Shown piece by piece: positions 60,146-64,000 of a stretch of 64,000 nucleotides of DNA. Origin of the DNA: Candidatus Woesearchaeota archaeon CG10_big_fil_rev_8_21_14_0_10_37_12 (lineage in GTDB: Archaea; Nanobdellota; Nanobdellia; Woesearchaeales; ARS49). Both the position numbers and the translations under genes were made by a program. The first letter of the stretch is position 1. The number at the start of each line of letters is the position of its first letter. The notes beneath the pieces are model-generated. The model was given only the letters and a program-made list of their open reading frames with translations. It ran no database searches and was not told the DNA's origin. The stretch covers positions 5,059 through 69,058 of the forward strand of contig PCYA01000009.1 in the NCBI GenBank assembly GCA_002762795.1, given 5' to 3'.

Positions 60146-63068
60146 CACTTCAGAAAAAGCATTTCAAAATGATATTATTGCTCATTTAGTTAGTACAGGA
60201 TATAAAAGCAGAGGAACAAACTGCTTCAATAAAGCATCATGCCTTGATCCAGAATTGACTTTAAAGTTTATCATGGACACCCAAGAGAAAATTTGGAAAA
60301 AATTTCAAAAAGTTTATGGAGATGAAGCAGAAAATAAATTATTTTACAGATTAATCAATGAAATAGATAAAAAGGGAACAATCAATGTTCTAAGAAATGG
60401 CTTTAAAGATGTTGGATGTCAATTCAATATATTTTATCCTAAACCAAATAACAACAAAAATCCTGATTTATTCGAGCATTTTGAGAAAAACATATTTTCA
60501 GTTATTGATGAATTAGAATATCAAGACAGAGAAAAAGGAAATAGATTGGATTTGGTTATATTCATAAACGGACTGCCCATTTTAACAATAGAACTTAAAG
60601 ATACATTTTCTCAAGGTGTAGAGAGAGCAATAAAGCAGTATAAAGAAGATAGAGACTCTAAAGAAAAAATATTTCAAAATTGCTTTGTTCATTTTGCTAT
60701 GAGTGATGAAAAGATATTCATGGCAACAAAATTGGCTGGATGGAAAACAAGATTCTTGCCTTTCAACAAAGCATTAGATAATCCTGAAGTACAAAACGAT
60801 TACAAAACTTCATACCTATATAATGATATTTTACAAATAAACAAACTATCAAAATTAATTAATAATTTTGTTTATATTGAAAAAGAAGATACTGAGGAAT
60901 ATCCAATTTTCCCAAGATACCATCAATTAGATTGTGTTAATTTGCTTTTGGCAGATGCAAACCCTAGTAAAAATTATCTCATTGAGCATAGTGCAGGTTC
61001 TGGAAAAACCAAAACAATTGCATGGCTTTCTCATGGATTGATTAATAAATTTAACAGGTTAGATAATCGTATCTATGATATGGTTATTGTAGTTTCGGAT
61101 AGAAAGGTAATAGATAAACAATTACAAAATCAAGTTCAGGCAATTGAAAAAGTAAAAGGTATTGTTGATGTTATTGATGAAAAGAAATCTTCAAAAGATC
61201 TTAAAGAAGCAATGAAATCAGGAAGTAATATTGTTGTAACAACATTACATAAATTCCCTTATATCTTAGATGAAGTTAAGGATTTACCAAAACGAAATTA
61301 TGCAGTAATCATTGATGAAGCACATTCTTCACAATCTGGAGCAATGGCTCGAAAAATGAAACAAATTCTCTCAACAAACAGTTTAGAAGAAGCTGAAGCA
61401 CTAGAAAAAGATGTTGATGAAGAAGTTGAAGAAGAAATACTAAATGAAATTGAATCTTATAGGAATCTAAAAAATGTTAGTTTTTTTGCATTTACTGCAA
61501 CTCCTAAAAATAAAACTCTTGAAATGTTTGGGACTAAAGATGATGAAGGAGAATATCATTCATTCCATTTATATTCTATGAAACAGGCAATTGATGAAGG
61601 TTTTATTTTAGATATTCTCAAGCATTATCTTTCTTATGCAACTTATTTTAAGTTAGTCAAGAAAATAACAGATGATCCTGAATATGATGAAAAGAAAGCA
61701 AAAAAATTATTGAGAAATTTTGTTGAAAAGCATCCTCATGCAATTTCAAGAAAAACTGACATAATGCTTGAGCATTTTATGAGTTCAAGTTATAATAAAA
61801 TCAAAGGTAAAGCTAGAGCGATGGTTGTAACAAGGTCAAGACTTCATGCAGTATTATACAAAAAAGCATTTGATAAATTAATCAAAGAAAACAATTATCC
61901 AATAAAGACTTTGGTTGCATTTACTGGAATAGTAAAACATGATGAGCAGGAGTATACTGAAAGTAATATGAATGATTTACCTTCAAAAAAATCAATTGAA
62001 AATGCTTTCAAAGAAGAACCTTATAGAATTTTAATTGTTGCTAATAAATATCAAACTGGTTTTGATCAACCATTACTTCATACTATGTATGTTGATAAAA
62101 TGCTTAATGGGATTACTGCTGTTCAGACTCTTAGTAGGACAAATAGGATATATCCTCCTCACAAAAATGATACTCTGATATTGGATTTTGCAAATCAAAC
62201 AGAAGTAATTGAGAAAGCCTTTCAACCCTATTATGAAGCTACTTTCTTAAAAGAAGGAACTGATCCTCACAAATTATACGAGCTTGAAGAAAAATTAATT
62301 GATTATCAAATATTTGACCAAACAGATGTAGACGCTTTCATTAAAGCATGGAAAAAAGGAGAACCACAACCTAAACTTCACAATCTTTTGAACCCTGTTG
62401 TAAATGAGTTTAGAAAGAAGACTAAAAAAGACCAAGTCGGATTTAAGAAAACATTGAAGCGATATCAAAGTATATATTCATTTTTATCCCAATTAATGCC
62501 GTTCTCTGATGTAAATCTTGAAAAGATATTCCTATTTAATAAGTTTCTATCAAAGAAACTTCCAACAATAAATAATCCCTTACCCTTCAATGTTTTAGAA
62601 GATGTAGATATGGATTCATATAAAATCGTAAATAAAGGGGAAAAAGAGATAAAATTAAAATCGGAAGGCGAATTAAAACCTATTTCGGCAGGAGTTGGTG
62701 AATTTGCGCCAGATATAAACACTAAATTATCTAAAATTCTCCAAGCTTTAAATGATGCTTTTGGGACTGATTTTACTGAAGATGATAAAGTTTTCTTAGG
62801 AAGAGTTAAAGACCATCTTCTTGAAAATAAAGAATTATTAAACAAGATGGAACATAATTCTAAAGAAAATGTTAAAGCCGTTTTCGATAAATATTTCAAT
62901 CAAGAAATGACAGGATTATTAAATAGCAATATGAAATTCTATAAAAGATTAGTTGATAATGAAAAACTTAAATCAAAACTGAAATCTGCATTGTTTGATT
63001 TAATGTACTATGAGTTCAATAAACTTAAGAAGAATAAAGAATCAGAAAAACAAGAAAAAATAATATAA
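60135..63068 (+). CDS. hsdR: Type I restriction enzyme R subunit (SF2 helicase-nuclease)
   Basis: IIDEAHSSQ (DEAH box), FTATPKN motif, 977 aa. Confidence 0.8.
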   Translation: METNTSEKAFQNDIIAHLVSTGYKSRGTNCFNKASCLDPELTLKFIMDTQEKIWKKFQKVYGDEAENKLFYRLINEIDKKGTINVLRNGFKDVGCQFNIFYPKPNNNKNPDLFEHFEKNIFSVIDELEYQDREKGNRLDLVIFINGLPILTIELKDTFSQGVERAIKQYKEDRDSKEKIFQNCFVHFAMSDEKIFMATKLAGWKTRFLPFNKALDNPEVQNDYKTSYLYNDILQINKLSKLINNFVYIEKEDTEEYPIFPRYHQLDCVNLLLADANPSKNYLIEHSAGSGKTKTIAWLSHGLINKFNRLDNRIYDMVIVVSDRKVIDKQLQNQVQAIEKVKGIVDVIDEKKSSKDLKEAMKSGSNIVVTTLHKFPYILDEVKDLPKRNYAVIIDEAHSSQSGAMARKMKQILSTNSLEEAEALEKDVDEEVEEEILNEIESYRNLKNVSFFAFTATPKNKTLEMFGTKDDEGEYHSFHLYSMKQAIDEGFILDILKHYLSYATYFKLVKKITDDPEYDEKKAKKLLRNFVEKHPHAISRKTDIMLEHFMSSSYNKIKGKARAMVVTRSRLHAVLYKKAFDKLIKENNYPIKTLVAFTGIVKHDEQEYTESNMNDLPSKKSIENAFKEEPYRILIVANKYQTGFDQPLLHTMYVDKMLNGITAVQTLSRTNRIYPPHKNDTLILDFANQTEVIEKAFQPYYEATFLKEGTDPHKLYELEEKLIDYQIFDQTDVDAFIKAWKKGEPQPKLHNLLNPVVNEFRKKTKKDQVGFKKTLKRYQSIYSFLSQLMPFSDVNLEKIFLFNKFLSKKLPTINNPLPFNVLEDVDMDSYKIVNKGEKEIKLKSEGELKPISAGVGEFAPDINTKLSKILQALNDAFGTDFTEDDKVFLGRVKDHLLENKELLNKMEHNSKENVKAVFDKYFNQEMTGLLNSNMKFYKRLVDNEKLKSKLKSALFDLMYYEFNKLKKNKESEKQEKII

Positions 63069-63071
63069 ACT

Positions 63072-63245
63072 ATTCTCGCCCCTCAATTAAATACTTTCTC
63101 GAAGAGAAAGACTATCTTAAAAGCCCCCTCGTTATTAAATTTCTTTTTCCGCAGAAAAAGGCACTCTGTCTGTAGGACTCGGAATTCCCCCCTCGTCGTT
63201 TCGTTTTTAGTTTAGTTTTTAGAAAATTGCCCCCTTTCGTTAGCT
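63072..63245. repeat. C-rich short repeats (CCCCCTCGTT-like, 3 or more copies) plus ATTCTCGCCCCTC. The latter is an inverted copy of the GAGGGGCGAGAAT motif found at 53339 and 53482
   Basis: 63072-63084, 63128-63140, 63193-63208, 63228-63242. Confidence 0.5.
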
Positions 63246-63409
63246 CCTGAAATTATTGAATAGAATGCAAATTAGAGCAAATAACCAATTTACTCATTAC
63301 TAAATACAGAGAAACTGAAACAAAACATAGCTGATACGTGCCAATTTTTTTATAAACAATTCTTTTTCGGAGCGATAGTTTTAAATATTATCTGATATTA
63401 TTTGGTATT

Positions 63410-63661
63410 ATGTCTATGCAGATTAATTTGAGGATTTCGGAAGGGTTTCTAGAGCAAGCTAAGGAGTATGCTAAGAATAATGGGTTTTTGAATGTTCAAG
63501 AATTTATTCGTGATGCTGCTAGAGAGAAGATTTTTGGTTCTATGGAAGTGAGACCAGAATATTTAGAACGGTTGAATAGTATTGAAGCAAATACTTTTTT
63601 GTCTGATGGTGAATCTGAAGAGTTTGAAAGAGAACTTAAAAAAAGAGCACAGTTGGAATGA
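63410..63661 (+). CDS. Ribbon-helix-helix (CopG/Arc-like) antitoxin
   Basis: N-terminal beta-strand INLRISEGFLEQAKEYA. It overlaps the downstream toxin by 4 bp. Confidence 0.55.
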   Translation: MSMQINLRISEGFLEQAKEYAKNNGFLNVQEFIRDAAREKIFGSMEVRPEYLERLNSIEANTFLSDGESEEFERELKKRAQLE

Positions 63662-63954
63662 GAAGGAGAAAGCACAGTCATCTTTTTAGAAAACAACTCA
63701 AAAAAATTAAAGGGCAAGAGTTACAAAACACATTAAATAAAATAGATGAAATTTTAAATTCCACTGATTTGAATCATTATAAGAACTTAACACGCGATCT
63801 TAAAAAGTATAAAAGAGTTCACGTAAATAATTCTTATGTGATATTATTTTTTGGAGATGATGACACAGTTTATTTTGTTGATTATGCTCATCATGATATC
63901 ATATACAAACATAGCAAGAGAGATCTTAAAAAGTATGATGATCTAAAATTCTGA
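63658..63954 (+). CDS. RelE/ParE-family type II toxin
   Basis: C-terminal YVILFFGDDDTVYFVDYAHHDIIYK resembles the RelE/ParE Y-R-I-x-Y...V-x-I-L-R-I-G-H-R core. Confidence 0.5.
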   Translation: MRRRKHSHLFRKQLKKIKGQELQNTLNKIDEILNSTDLNHYKNLTRDLKKYKRVHVNNSYVILFFGDDDTVYFVDYAHHDIIYKHSKRDLKKYDDLKF

Positions 63955-64000
63955 TATGGTTTTATACCCCAAACGTTGTGCATCCAAGATGGTTTCGTAG

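Overview
This is an AT-rich, gene-dense window whose coding strands are strongly A-biased. Its gene content points to an archaeon, probably a DPANN-type genome. The supporting genes are an AglB/STT3 with the WWDYG motif, a HerA-Mre11 pair, an archaeal GTPase-DUF2073-Zn-ribbon triad, an AbrB-PhoU fusion and an HTH_10 regulator. From left to right the window holds: (1) Mre11 and HerA on the minus strand. (2) Several small informational and secreted proteins. (3) A very large cell-surface glycosylation supercluster at about 9.2-40.6 kb. It contains rfbB, rfbD, an RmlA-like gene, a GMC oxidoreductase, many GT2 and GT4 glycosyltransferases, GtrA, ArnT/PMT-like membrane glycosyltransferases, a Wzx-like flippase, four SAM methyltransferases, a CDP-alcohol phosphatidyltransferase, AsnB, GalU and a 1005-aa AglB. 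(4) A block of large secreted or surface proteins at 40.7-50 kb. (5) A transporter, an aldolase-like gene and a regulator. (6) tRNA-Trp(CCA). (7) A defense island at 53.3-64 kb: a type I restriction-modification (R-M) operon hsdM-X1-X2-hsdS-X3-hsdR that is fully translationally coupled. Three unannotatable genes, two of them membrane proteins, sit between the canonical subunits. A ribbon-helix-helix (RHH)-RelE/ParE toxin-antitoxin pair follows it. The R-M-embedded trio is the best candidate for an undescribed system. Other notable items: an AglB with a C-terminal extracytoplasmic FKBP-type PPIase domain; a GC-rich (about 50% versus about 33%) island headed by a truncated IS transposase and carrying a B12-binding radical SAM enzyme and a HAD hydrolase; a related 170-bp MITE; a family of hairpin-rich interspersed repeats at three intergenic loci in the glycosylation cluster; and a near-perfect 126-bp in-frame tandem duplication in a small basic protein. 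No rRNA or CRISPR was seen.
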